In this document: positions 1 to 7,360 of the stretch, piece by piece
How positions within the stretch are numbered: position 1 is the stretch's first letter
How the letters are laid out: every line of letters begins with the position of its first letter
Virus record (IMG/VR): IMGVR_UViG_3300037424_000319
Coordinates: 1-39,144 of that record
DNA from: a virus
Taxonomy: Duplodnaviria > Caudoviricetes
Strand: one strand, 5' to 3'
DNA length: 39,144 nt
Position numbers and translations under genes: made by a program
Notes under the pieces: model-generated
The model's input: the letters and a program-made list of their open reading frames with translations, nothing else
Database searches by the model: none
Told to the model about the DNA's origin: nothing

Positions 1-840
1 GCCCTCCCGACCGATGAACACGCGGGGCACGTTCTCGGACTGTGTTCGCCAGATGTGGAGTTGAAGCGCGAGCGCCCCGACCGGACGATCGAGAAGTACA
101 CGCCCAAGCTCACCGCCACCCAGGAATGGCTTTGGGAGGCGTGGACGGAGGACATTCGCGGCCTGAAGCAACTCGCCGGCAAGGACGAGATTGTCGTCTT
201 CGACCTCGGCGACCCGGTTCAGGGAAATGCCTTCCCCCGCGAGCTGGTGTCCACGAGGCAGGCTGACCATTACGCCATCGCTGAGGCAAACAAGATCCCG
301 CTCCTATCGATGAACAACGTGCGGCGCGCCTTCTTCGTGAAGGGGACCGGCGTCCACGAGTTCGGGGAGGGGTCTGCTCAAAGCGTCCTGGCTAACGCGC
401 TGCAGGCAAAGCTCGGGAAGCAGATCGATGTCATGTACCACGCCGAGGCCGCACTGGATGGCTTCGTCATGGACCTCGCCCATCACGGCCCTCCCCCCGG
501 CGTTCGCAACTGGCTCCGGGGGAACATCCTCCGGCTCTACGCGCAGTCCATCATGGACGACTGCCTGAAGTCAGAAAAGCAGCCCCCAAATTTCCTTGGC
601 CGAGGCCATTACCACCAGTTCGTCACCGAGGTCGTGACGCGGCAGAACGCCAAGACGTGGGAGTGCCGTGCGACAATCTGCCCGGCCTACTGCCTGATCG
701 ACGACTACGCTCGCAAGGTTGCCAAGTCGCCCTACCGCGCAACTGTTGGGATGATCGCCCTGGAGATAGTCGGCGGCCGGCTGGTGCAACAGCACGAGTT
801 CATCAGAACTATTGACTTTAGAACCAGACTCACTTTGTAG
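1..840 (+). CDS. Calcineurin-like metallophosphoesterase, 5'-truncated by window edge
   Basis: Frame is open from base 1 (ALPTDEHAGH...). Motifs DxH, LGDP, GTGVHE, AHHG and GHYH occur in canonical order. Confidence 0.8.
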   Translation, partial: ALPTDEHAGHVLGLCSPDVELKRERPDRTIEKYTPKLTATQEWLWEAWTEDIRGLKQLAGKDEIVVFDLGDPVQGNAFPRELVSTRQADHYAIAEANKIPLLSMNNVRRAFFVKGTGVHEFGEGSAQSVLANALQAKLGKQIDVMYHAEAALDGFVMDLAHHGPPPGVRNWLRGNILRLYAQSIMDDCLKSEKQPPNFLGRGHYHQFVTEVVTRQNAKTWECRATICPAYCLIDDYARKVAKSPYRATVGMIALEIVGGRLVQQHEFIRTIDFRTRLTL

Positions 841-849
841 GCCAATGCA

Positions 850-1470
850 ATGAAAACATGCACGAAGTGTCACCAGGAGAAGCCGCGACAAATGTTCGGG
901 CCGGGTCGAGGGAAAGATGGTCTCCATCAGTGGTGCCGATCATGTAGGGCGGCGGCCACTCGGGCCTATCTTCTTCGGTACCCAGAGAGGCGTTACCGTA
1001 TATCCCATCCATCAGAAGCGGCGGACTCCGGTCGGAAATACGCTAGGGCGCATAGGAAACAGATCAATGCGCGTCGTCGGCGATGGTATGCCGATAACAA
1101 AGAGCGTCTTCGCGCCTATCACCTCGCGCAGTACCACAGTCATCGGGATGATCGTCTCGCTAAGCATCGCGAGTACATGAAGTCGGAGGCCGGTCTACTT
1201 GTCTATCGAGCGGCCAATCATCGACGACGCTCGCGCCTCCTCGGCGGTCTATCCGCAAAGGAAATCGGGCGTCTCTTGGCTGAAGCTCGTGGCCGGTGTT
1301 TCTACTGTCGGAATGCCGCGAAACTAGAGATCGATCATGTGATCCCAATCTCTAGGGGCGGGCCACATGCCATTGGAAATCTTGTCGCCTCATGTCGTCC
1401 ATGCAACATGAAGAAGGGAAATAGAATGCCGTCGGAATGGCTGAGTTTCCGCACCCGCCTGGAGTTGTGA
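850..1470 (+). CDS. HNH (homing) endonuclease
   Basis: N-terminal CxxC...CxxC; C-terminal CFYC...EIDHVIPISRGG...NLVASCRPCNMKKG. Confidence 0.92.
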   Translation: MKTCTKCHQEKPRQMFGPGRGKDGLHQWCRSCRAAATRAYLLRYPERRYRISHPSEAADSGRKYARAHRKQINARRRRWYADNKERLRAYHLAQYHSHRDDRLAKHREYMKSEAGLLVYRAANHRRRSRLLGGLSAKEIGRLLAEARGRCFYCRNAAKLEIDHVIPISRGGPHAIGNLVASCRPCNMKKGNRMPSEWLSFRTRLEL

Positions 1471-1471
1471 G

Positions 1472-1705
1472 ATGAAATCACTTCAGGACCAGATGCTGGC
1501 CGAGATCGAGGCGCTGAGGGAGGAGCTTGCTCCCGAGGTCCCCGACTACGCCATCACATTCGAGCAAATGATGCAGAGGTTGGGGCCGGGGGCAAACGTC
1601 GGACGACTCCACAAGTGGCTCGCGGAGGAGGTCAAGGCCGGGCGTTGGAAGAAGGCGCGCATCCCTGGCGGACAGGCGCGGACGGTCTACTGGAAGGCAG
1701 AATGA
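1472..1705 (+). CDS. Small hypothetical protein, possibly winged-helix
   Basis: Tightly coupled to flanking genes; helix-rich with C-terminal beta-like segment. Confidence 0.65.
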   Translation: MKSLQDQMLAEIEALREELAPEVPDYAITFEQMMQRLGPGANVGRLHKWLAEEVKAGRWKKARIPGGQARTVYWKAE

Positions 1706-2049
1706 GAGTCTATGTCGCTGGCCCTTTGAGTCGGTCGGACGATTGGCCCGACATGGCCATGAATGTCAGGCGGGCTATTGAGGCGGCCGGAGAACTCGCG
1801 GATGCAGGACACACACCATTCTGTCCCCATCTGTCGCACTTCTGGCACATGATGTTTCCGCGTCCCTATGAGGACTGGTTGCGGATGGATTTCGAGTGGA
1901 TTTCCGTATGTCACGCTCTCCTTAGGATGTCTGGCCACAGTCCTGGTGGGGATCGCGAGGTCGCTGAGGCCAAGAGACTTGGACTCCCCGTCTTCTTTAG
2001 TGTGGCCGATTTCGTCGCGTGGGCCCAAGATCATGCTTCGGTGGCTTAG
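1702..2049 (+). CDS. DUF4406/DUF1937-like (nucleoside deoxyribosyltransferase-fold) protein
   Basis: MRVYVAGP...GHTPFCPH...DFEWISVCHALLRMSGHSPGGDREV pattern; ATGA overlap at 1702. Confidence 0.75.
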   Translation: MRVYVAGPLSRSDDWPDMAMNVRRAIEAAGELADAGHTPFCPHLSHFWHMMFPRPYEDWLRMDFEWISVCHALLRMSGHSPGGDREVAEAKRLGLPVFFSVADFVAWAQDHASVA

Positions 2050-2176
2050 GCGCTTGATGGCGAAGGTCTTGCTATGGGCCGGACTCGCGGCCGGCAACGG
2101 GCCGGCATGCAACCCTTGGACGGACGCGCAGTACGGCGAAGTCACGGAAGAGGACATACGGGAGATACTGGGTTGA
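2033..2176 (+). CDS. Small hypothetical protein
   Basis: ATG 2033; fills the gap and overlaps both neighbours; hydrophobic N-terminal segment. Confidence 0.4.
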   Translation: MLRWLRRLMAKVLLWAGLAAGNGPACNPWTDAQYGEVTEEDIREILG

Positions 2177-2805
2177 AGACACTCACCATCCTGGGTATCC
2201 CCGCCATCGAGTTTTACGGCAACGGGCCCTCCGTCGTGCTGCTGGCCGGCCTGCACGGGGAAGAGAGCGCGCCTCCGGTTGCCGTGCAGGCGATGATGCC
2301 CATCATAGAGTCGTGGGACTTCCCCGTCCTCGTTATCCCGAATGCCAATCCTGCCGGAATCGTCCAGGGCAAACGCAAACCCGACTGGCTGACGAACGGC
2401 AGCATCGGCGCCGACGATTTGTTCGCTGCCGAAATAGAACGAAGTCGGGACGTCGCATTGCTGGTGGATCTGCACGAGGACGAGAAGGCCACCATGCCGT
2501 ACCTCTTCGGCTACGGCAGTCGGGAAGTCACCATCTCCCTGAGGAATGCCCTGTACGGTATCGGGGTGGAGTTTCCGAAGTCGATCAGGAAGTGGTGGTC
2601 GAAGAAGGTTCAGGCAGTCAACACGTTCGAGGGGATCATCTGGGACGACGAGGACGAGTCGGTCGATGCCAGGCTGGAGACGAAAGCCTCCATTGTCGTC
2701 GAGACCCCCATCGCCTGGCCCCTGGCCTACCGCGTAGCCGTGCAGTGCTTCGTCATCTCCCAAGTCCCCCTGCTGTACCAGCGCCTGGCCGAAGAAACCC
2801 CCTAG
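2173..2805 (+). CDS. M14-family metallocarboxypeptidase / AstE-AspA-like hydrolase
   Basis: GLHGEE (HxxE), PNANPAG, LVDLHED and C-terminal VETP; TTG start after GGAG. Confidence 0.7.
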   Translation: MKTLTILGIPAIEFYGNGPSVVLLAGLHGEESAPPVAVQAMMPIIESWDFPVLVIPNANPAGIVQGKRKPDWLTNGSIGADDLFAAEIERSRDVALLVDLHEDEKATMPYLFGYGSREVTISLRNALYGIGVEFPKSIRKWWSKKVQAVNTFEGIIWDDEDESVDARLETKASIVVETPIAWPLAYRVAVQCFVISQVPLLYQRLAEETP

Positions 2806-3107
2806 CCCCTCGGCGGCCGGCAGACGGGGCAGGCCGGCTTGAGTGCGCCGCCGCAGTTCGGGCAGACATGCCGGCGCCGGACCACTAGCCGCTCCCGAAT
2901 GTCCTTCCGCTTTGGCCAGTACCCGCCCTTGGCTATCCGGCAGACCGTCCCGGCTGGAAGGCCGATTTCGCGCCCTACGGCCCGCCAGCTTCCCATGACA
3001 CGGTAAAGCTCCATAAGACGCTTGCGGGCGGCGTCACGACCCGTGACGGGCCAGCCAGATGGCACGCTAGGCCTCGTCCGGGCCCTGCTGTGGCTCTCCG
3101 GCGGCAA
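2802..3107 (-). CDS. HTH plus double zinc-ribbon protein (true start probably further inside)
   Basis: GSWRAVGREIGLPAGTVCRIAKG HTH; CPNC and CPVC. Confidence 0.6.
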   Translation of the reverse strand: MPPESHSRARTRPSVPSGWPVTGRDAARKRLMELYRVMGSWRAVGREIGLPAGTVCRIAKGGYWPKRKDIRERLVVRRRHVCPNCGGALKPACPVCRPPRG

Positions 3108-3143
3108 TGTCGCTATCGTGATAGGTCATGGCTTCACCTCCCC

Positions 3144-3620
3144 TTGGGCTTCTCGGAAGCCTGGCCCTGCCGGGGACTTGTAGCTAGGCCCGGCTTCCAA
3201 AGGCTCGTTGGGCGACGGCGTCATTCGTCAACCCGTCGGACAAGGCCGTCTGCAACACAAACGTCAAGCCAGAACGCCACTGCGCCGCTTTTGGCATCAG
3301 TCCAGTCTGCCTCGACGCGATCCTTGTTCCATACCCCATTGCGCCTCAATCGTCGGGCGCGTTTGGCAATCTTGTCTTCTGGAATGCCAAGCAGCTTGCC
3401 AATTCTTCCGGCATGAGGCCCAACTAAAGCACTTGCGAGGAGCATGGCGGCCGTCTCCGCAGAGGCCTCCTCGCACTTGGGGTCCATCTTATAGACCAAG
3501 TCATAGATTTCTTTGGCCGTCATTTGCTTCTCTGCCATCTCTCTACTCCTCGCCCGACATCTATTCGGGCTGCGTCGTGTGATTCAAGTCCCCGGTAGGG
3601 CCTTGTTGGGCTTCTCGGAA
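3144..3620. mobile_element. Putative non-autonomous single-gene insertion cassette with bipartite inverted ends and 15-bp direct repeats
   Basis: TTGGGCTTCTCGGAA at 3144-3158 and 3606-3620. Inverted 18-mers at 3163-3180 and 3585-3602 (17/18). Inverted 9-mers at 3207-3215 and 3550-3558 (8/9), each 26 bp inside its 18-mer. Confidence 0.65.
3221..3538 (-). CDS. Hypothetical (HTH-like) cargo protein of the cassette
   Basis: 105 aa ORF with GAGGAG RBS, fully enclosed by the inverted ends. Confidence 0.75.
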   Translation of the reverse strand: MAEKQMTAKEIYDLVYKMDPKCEEASAETAAMLLASALVGPHAGRIGKLLGIPEDKIAKRARRLRRNGVWNKDRVEADWTDAKSGAVAFWLDVCVADGLVRRVDE

Positions 3621-3794
3621 TGCCGCAAGGGCCGGCTTCGCGTGCGGATCGTGGCCGCACCATTCGCACTTCAGGCGCGCCCCGCAATTCGTACAGGTCA
3701 TGGCCGCCTTCACGAGAACCTCTATCCGCTTGTCGCGGCGCTGAATGGCCTCGGAGGCGGCGGTGCGCTCGGCCGGCGTGAGGGGTGCGTTCAT
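3561..3794 (-). CDS. Small zinc-ribbon protein; last 14 codons supplied by cassette end
   Basis: CTNC...CEWC; FREAQ codons coincide with the direct repeat. Confidence 0.6.
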   Translation of the reverse strand: MNAPLTPAERTAASEAIQRRDKRIEVLVKAAMTCTNCGARLKCEWCGHDPHAKPALAAFREAQQGPTGDLNHTTQPE

Positions 3795-3803
3795 CGGAAC
3801 CGT

Positions 3804-3835
3804 TGTCTACCGGGGGAGTCGTCCCCCGGTAGACA
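3804..3835. repeat. Perfect 14-bp inverted repeat (hairpin), possible terminator or processing site after the SSB-like gene
   Basis: TGTCTACCGGGGGA-GTCG-TCCCCCGGTAGACA; no U-tract. Confidence 0.7.
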
Positions 3836-3849
3836 TCTCGGTCGCATCC

Positions 3850-4221
3850 CTAGCTTAGGTCCGCGCCCGTTGGCGCGTAGTCGTCTTCCTCGGGCGGAGG
3901 AGGAACGACCGTCGGCTTGGGGACGACACGAACAGCTGGTACCTGCTCGCCCTTGAATGTCACCATCGCCGAGTACAGTTTGATCTTCTTGCCGACCCAG
4001 GAACCATCATCGTTGCCGTGCCAGCCGGCGATGATGTCCCAGTTCGTGGCGTTGCAGACGAGTCCTTTGCCGCCACCCTTGAAGCGAAGGACCAGCTTGT
4101 TCTCTTTTTCCTCGCCAACCTGCTCTTCTTCACAGGCCTCGATGACGACTGTCAGGCCCTCGGCCGGGAGGTCGGAGGCTTTCAGCCATTTGCTTGGGTA
4201 TCGCTCTGCTTTGGTAGCCAT
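3850..4221 (-). CDS. Phage ssDNA-binding-like (OB-fold) protein
   Basis: PSKWLKASDL...KLVLRF...LVCNATN...WVGKKIKLY family pattern with acidic, proline-rich tail; AGGAG RBS. Confidence 0.6.
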   Translation of the reverse strand: MATKAERYPSKWLKASDLPAEGLTVVIEACEEEQVGEEKENKLVLRFKGGGKGLVCNATNWDIIAGWHGNDDGSWVGKKIKLYSAMVTFKGEQVPAVRVVPKPTVVPPPPEEDDYAPTGADLS

Positions 4222-4275
4222 TGTGTAGGTCTCCTGTGTGGATCGTTCGGCGACTCGGGTTTGGGTTGCGGCGAG

Positions 4276-4497
4276 TTATCTGCTTCGGGGATTCTCCTTG
4301 GGTTTCAGCGGCTTGGTGTCCACGAGTTTCTTGGCGGCCAGTGCGTCGATCTGCTTCTGCTCGATAGGCCCCGGCTGCCCACAAAAGATGCAGCCGCCGG
4401 TGCCGTCCATGTGGATCTTCGTGGGGATGCCCTGCTTGCCGGGGATGCGGAGGCAGGTGTGCGTCCACGAACCGGGCACGATGTGGATGGGGGTCAT
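4276..4497 (-). CDS. Small Cys-containing hypothetical protein
   Basis: ATG overlaps upstream stop; HTC...CIFC. Confidence 0.5.
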   Translation of the reverse strand: MTPIHIVPGSWTHTCLRIPGKQGIPTKIHMDGTGGCIFCGQPGPIEQKQIDALAAKKLVDTKPLKPKENPRSR

Positions 4498-4742
4498 GCG
4501 AACGCCTCTCTCACCTTGTCGACCTTGGTCCAACCCCGCCAGCCTGCCCCGACGTGTTCGGCCGCTTCACTCGCCAGCCGCCAGGCGTCTTGTGGGCTCC
4601 AGCCGGAGGAGATCAGCCGCTCGGCCGCACGCCGCTCCTCATGCGCCAGGGCGTGCAGGATGGCGTCGTCGTTGGCACCCGACATCACGCGGTACCAGCT
4701 CTTGTGCATCATCCGCCGGTGGGAGAACTTCGTTTGCTTCAT
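4494..4742 (-). CDS. Hypothetical protein
   Basis: 82 aa ORF in the leftward operon. Confidence 0.55.
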   Translation of the reverse strand: MKQTKFSHRRMMHKSWYRVMSGANDDAILHALAHEERRAAERLISSGWSPQDAWRLASEAAEHVGAGWRGWTKVDKVREAFA

Positions 4743-4754
4743 GCCCCAATTGTA
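4743..4754 (-). promoter_or_regulatory. Candidate -10 box (TACAAT) 6 nt before ATG, leaderless-type
   Basis: Minus strand TACAAT-TGGGGC-ATG; same TACAATTG core upstream of parB. Confidence 0.35.
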
Positions 4755-4788
4755 TTACGAAACAAGGTGGGCATAGATGAGAGTCGGA

Positions 4789-4965
4789 TTAGAGCTTCTC
4801 CGGCTTGGCTGACGCCCGGCTGACTTTCCCATCCAGGTAGTCCAGGATCAGCCTGCGCAGCCAGGAGGACCTAGTACGCTGGTCCTCCTGGGCGGCACGG
4901 TCGATCCTGGCGAGGTCGTCGGGCCGAAGCCTGAGAACGACGCTGGCGGACTTCTGGTCAGCCAT
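4789..4965 (-). CDS. Ribbon-helix-helix (CopG-like) regulator
   Basis: VVLRLRPDDLARIDRAAQEDQRTRSSWLRRLILDYL; GGAGG RBS. Confidence 0.8.
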   Translation of the reverse strand: MADQKSASVVLRLRPDDLARIDRAAQEDQRTRSSWLRRLILDYLDGKVSRASAKPEKL

Positions 4966-5329
4966 CGGGGGCCTCCAGTTGAGACGGCTCAAAGCCGCCA
5001 TGCGATATACCGTGGTTCTTGCCACCGCAGGCGCATCGGCAGTCCGGCTGTGTTGCCGTCTCGCAGTTGCGGTTGCAGACAATGGCGTCATCCGTAGACG
5101 CGACCCCAAATCGACCGAAGTAGAGCCGGCCATTCCTGAGGATCATGGGGTATTCGTCGTCCACGGCGCCGTCATTCTTGATGTGGCTACCCAAGCCGTG
5201 ATAGCCGGTGTGCTGTCGCGGGTCGCCATCCAGGGTGAATGCAAACTCTCCCGTGTCGGCGTTGTAGAAGAACCACCGCGTGTTCTGCGTAGTCTCCCAG
5301 GACCAATGGCCGTGCCGCTTGGACTTCAT
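4958..5329 (-). CDS. Hypothetical protein with Cys/His metal-binding C-terminus
   Basis: CNRNCETATQPDCRCACGGKNHG. Confidence 0.65.
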   Translation of the reverse strand: MKSKRHGHWSWETTQNTRWFFYNADTGEFAFTLDGDPRQHTGYHGLGSHIKNDGAVDDEYPMILRNGRLYFGRFGVASTDDAIVCNRNCETATQPDCRCACGGKNHGISHGGFEPSQLEAPDG

Positions 5330-6252
5330 TCTAGCCTCGCAATCCCCTTGTCGATGTCCGCCAGCAGGCGGGCCGTCAGGGTTCGCAGTCGGCGGAGGAC
5401 GGCCTTGCCGCCCTTGGGGTCACGGTCACCCTTGGCAATCATCGACACGATGCTCCGAGCAGCCTCGATGGCGTCCTCGGCCATGAGTACCTGCCGGTCC
5501 TTGATCCACTCGAAGAGGACCCGGCCCGTGGCCTCGCGCACCGTGGGCTTCGGCATCGGCTTACGGGGCGGCAGGTTATCGGCGTACTCAAGGATTCTCG
5601 CCGTCGGCATCGCCAGCGTGCGCGTGACGGCCTTCTGCCCGCCGAAGTCCGAGGCTCGCTTGACGACCTCGGCCATCTTACGGGTGTCGCGGCTGGAAAG
5701 TTCGTCCTTGGCTGCCTTCTGGAGAACTTGGGCGGCAAGTTTGGTGTCGCCGCCAGTTCCCTGGCGGGCCTCGCGGACATTTCGTTCGGTAAGTAAACCC
5801 GGGTTTACTTCGACGACTTTGCGAATGGCCCCCTCTAGCATCTCAAGATACTGAGAGATGCGCATCTTTGTCCATCCGAGCTTCTTCGCGAGTTCCTCCT
5901 GCGTGCAACCCGTCTCATCGATGATGGCCTGGAGCGCCTTGGCGATATCGATGGCAGCCATGTCCTCCCGGACAACGTTCTCGATGAGGCTCTGAGTCAG
6001 CAACTTGTCGTCGGGCACGTCCGCCACCAGCGCCTCGATGTCCTTCTGCCCAGCGGCCTTGGCGGCCATGACGCGGCGGTGGCCGTAGACGAGAACGTAG
6101 CCCGTCCCGTTCGGACGAACCTTGATGGGGACGAGCTGGCCTTGTTCCCGGATGCTGGCTTCCAACTCTTCCAGTTTCTCGGGGGACATCTGCTTTCTGA
6201 CGCGCTTCTCCAGGCCCTTGATCTCGTTCAGTGCGATTGTCTGTAGTTTCAT
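5326..6252 (-). CDS. parB: ParB/RepB/Spo0J-family protein
   Basis: LEASIREQGQLVPIKV...YGHRRVMAA...LIENVVREDM...TQEELAKKLG HTH; start ATG 6252 with GGAGG RBS. Confidence 0.9.
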   Translation of the reverse strand: MKLQTIALNEIKGLEKRVRKQMSPEKLEELEASIREQGQLVPIKVRPNGTGYVLVYGHRRVMAAKAAGQKDIEALVADVPDDKLLTQSLIENVVREDMAAIDIAKALQAIIDETGCTQEELAKKLGWTKMRISQYLEMLEGAIRKVVEVNPGLLTERNVREARQGTGGDTKLAAQVLQKAAKDELSSRDTRKMAEVVKRASDFGGQKAVTRTLAMPTARILEYADNLPPRKPMPKPTVREATGRVLFEWIKDRQVLMAEDAIEAARSIVSMIAKGDRDPKGGKAVLRRLRTLTARLLADIDKGIARLE

Positions 6253-6274
6253 TCGTTCCTCCTGTTTGTGTCTG

Positions 6275-6361
6275 CAATTGTACGACATGCCCCAGACAGG
6301 AAGATTAGAGTATGATGAGAGAATTGCGGCCTGGCGGAGATTTGGCCTTAGAATTGCGGCC
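6275..6361. promoter_or_regulatory. Divergent promoter region with 12-bp direct repeat
   Basis: TACAAT on minus (6277-6282), TATGAT on plus (6311-6316), AGAATTGCGGCC at 6320-6331 and 6350-6361. Confidence 0.4.
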
Positions 6362-6604
6362 ATGCAACCGGCTGAACTTCCTGGACACTCTGGCGTGTAT
6401 GCCCTCTGGCAGGATGGCGAATGCCTGTATGTTGGCGCGTCGCAGAACATCAGGCGGCGGTGGGGTGGCTTGATCAAGTCCCGGAATGACATCCCAAAGA
6501 AGGGCGTCGAGGTACAGGTCTGGCTTTGCCCACCCGATGAGCTCGGACGACTTGAGAAGAGTAAAATAGCGGAGTTGCATCCCACCCTCAACGGTGCCGG
6601 TTAG
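6362..6604 (+). CDS. Minimal GIY-YIG nuclease (alternative start 6287)
   Basis: GVY...LYVGASQNIRRRW...LEKSKIAELHPTLN. Confidence 0.8.
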   Translation: MQPAELPGHSGVYALWQDGECLYVGASQNIRRRWGGLIKSRNDIPKKGVEVQVWLCPPDELGRLEKSKIAELHPTLNGAG

Positions 6605-6771
6605 CCTGCGCGCCTCGCGCCCCTGGCTCTGGCACCGTTCCCCCCTCGGTGCCGAGAGAACCCCTCACCGGGGCGCGAGGCGGGCCGGCAAATCGGGCCG
6701 ACTCTCCTCCTTGGGTGGGCCGGGTCGTGCGGCAGGGGTCGGCGACCCGGCCCCAAGGGGAGCAGGTTTGC
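6597..6771. other. Structured intergenic element (two long hairpins), candidate ncRNA or DNA structure
   Basis: 13-bp stem 6611-6623/6670-6682 with inner 7-bp stem; 11-bp stem 6717-6727/6743-6753 with outer extension. Confidence 0.5.
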
Positions 6772-6794
6772 GCCCCCCGACTCAAGGCTACGGC

Positions 6795-7073
6795 ATGAGA
6801 CAACCCAGAAGGGTGATCTGTAAGGTGGATGAAAGTCTCCGTTCGCGACTCTTCGTGGCCTACAACGCGGCACGGCGCGCGGCAAAGTCTGGCCTGCTGG
6901 ACAAGCGCCGGCTGGACCGCGCGCTCGGGTTGGCTCTGCGGAAGACGTACACCCAAACGTACAAGACGACTCTGCGCGGCTGTTCGTGCCGGGACGCGGA
7001 GATACACCCGGGAGTCTGGTGCAAGCATCGTCTTGCGCTAGCCCTGAGACGAAAGGCGGAGGCCGAAGAGTGA
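6795..7073 (+). CDS. SWIM zinc-finger protein
   Basis: CSCRD...CKHRLAL (CxC...CxH). Confidence 0.75.
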   Translation: MRQPRRVICKVDESLRSRLFVAYNAARRAAKSGLLDKRRLDRALGLALRKTYTQTYKTTLRGCSCRDAEIHPGVWCKHRLALALRRKAEAEE

Positions 7074-7360
7074 CAGTAGCAGCGTGTACCAAATGCGGGA
7101 TCGTCCGAAGGATGCACAGGGACCACATTGTTCCGAGGGCGCTCGGCGGCGGGGAAGAGCTGGAGAACATTCAACTTCTCTGCGCCAACTGCCACGAGGA
7201 CAAGACCGTGGCCGATCTTGCGACTATCTCCAGGCTGCCAGATAGCCGAGCGAGGAAGTCGCGGGCGATGCGCGGTAATCAGAATGCGCTGGGGTATCGC
7301 CATAGCGCAGAGGCAAAGTCTCTAATGTCTCTGTACAGGCGATTGGCGGCTCAAAAATGA
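7070..7360 (+). CDS. HNH endonuclease with NUMOD3-like tail
   Basis: CTKC...DHIVPRALGG...NIQLLCANCHEDKT; GYRHSAEAKSLMS. Confidence 0.85.
   Translation: MTVAACTKCGIVRRMHRDHIVPRALGGGEELENIQLLCANCHEDKTVADLATISRLPDSRARKSRAMRGNQNALGYRHSAEAKSLMSLYRRLAAQK

Noticed and set aside
1687-2763. Long minus-strand ORFs (also 15715-16698, 17631-18491, 21406-22401, 34249-35106, 38049-38837)
   Set aside because: Antisense shadows of motif-bearing plus-strand genes, expected at high GC.
3144-3620. Canonical integron with complete attC sites
   Set aside because: No IntI in the window and no RYYYAAC...GTTRRRY pair enclosing a full hairpin. Only partial resemblance, kept as an alternative in the findings.
6253-6591. 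N-terminal 113 aa of the 421-aa ParB ORF
   Set aside because: Overlaps the GIY-YIG gene antisense; a strong RBS supports the start at 6252.
7040-7360. Displaced C-terminus around the second HNH (RRKAEAEE versus RRLAAQK)
   Set aside because: Similarity is too low to distinguish from chance.
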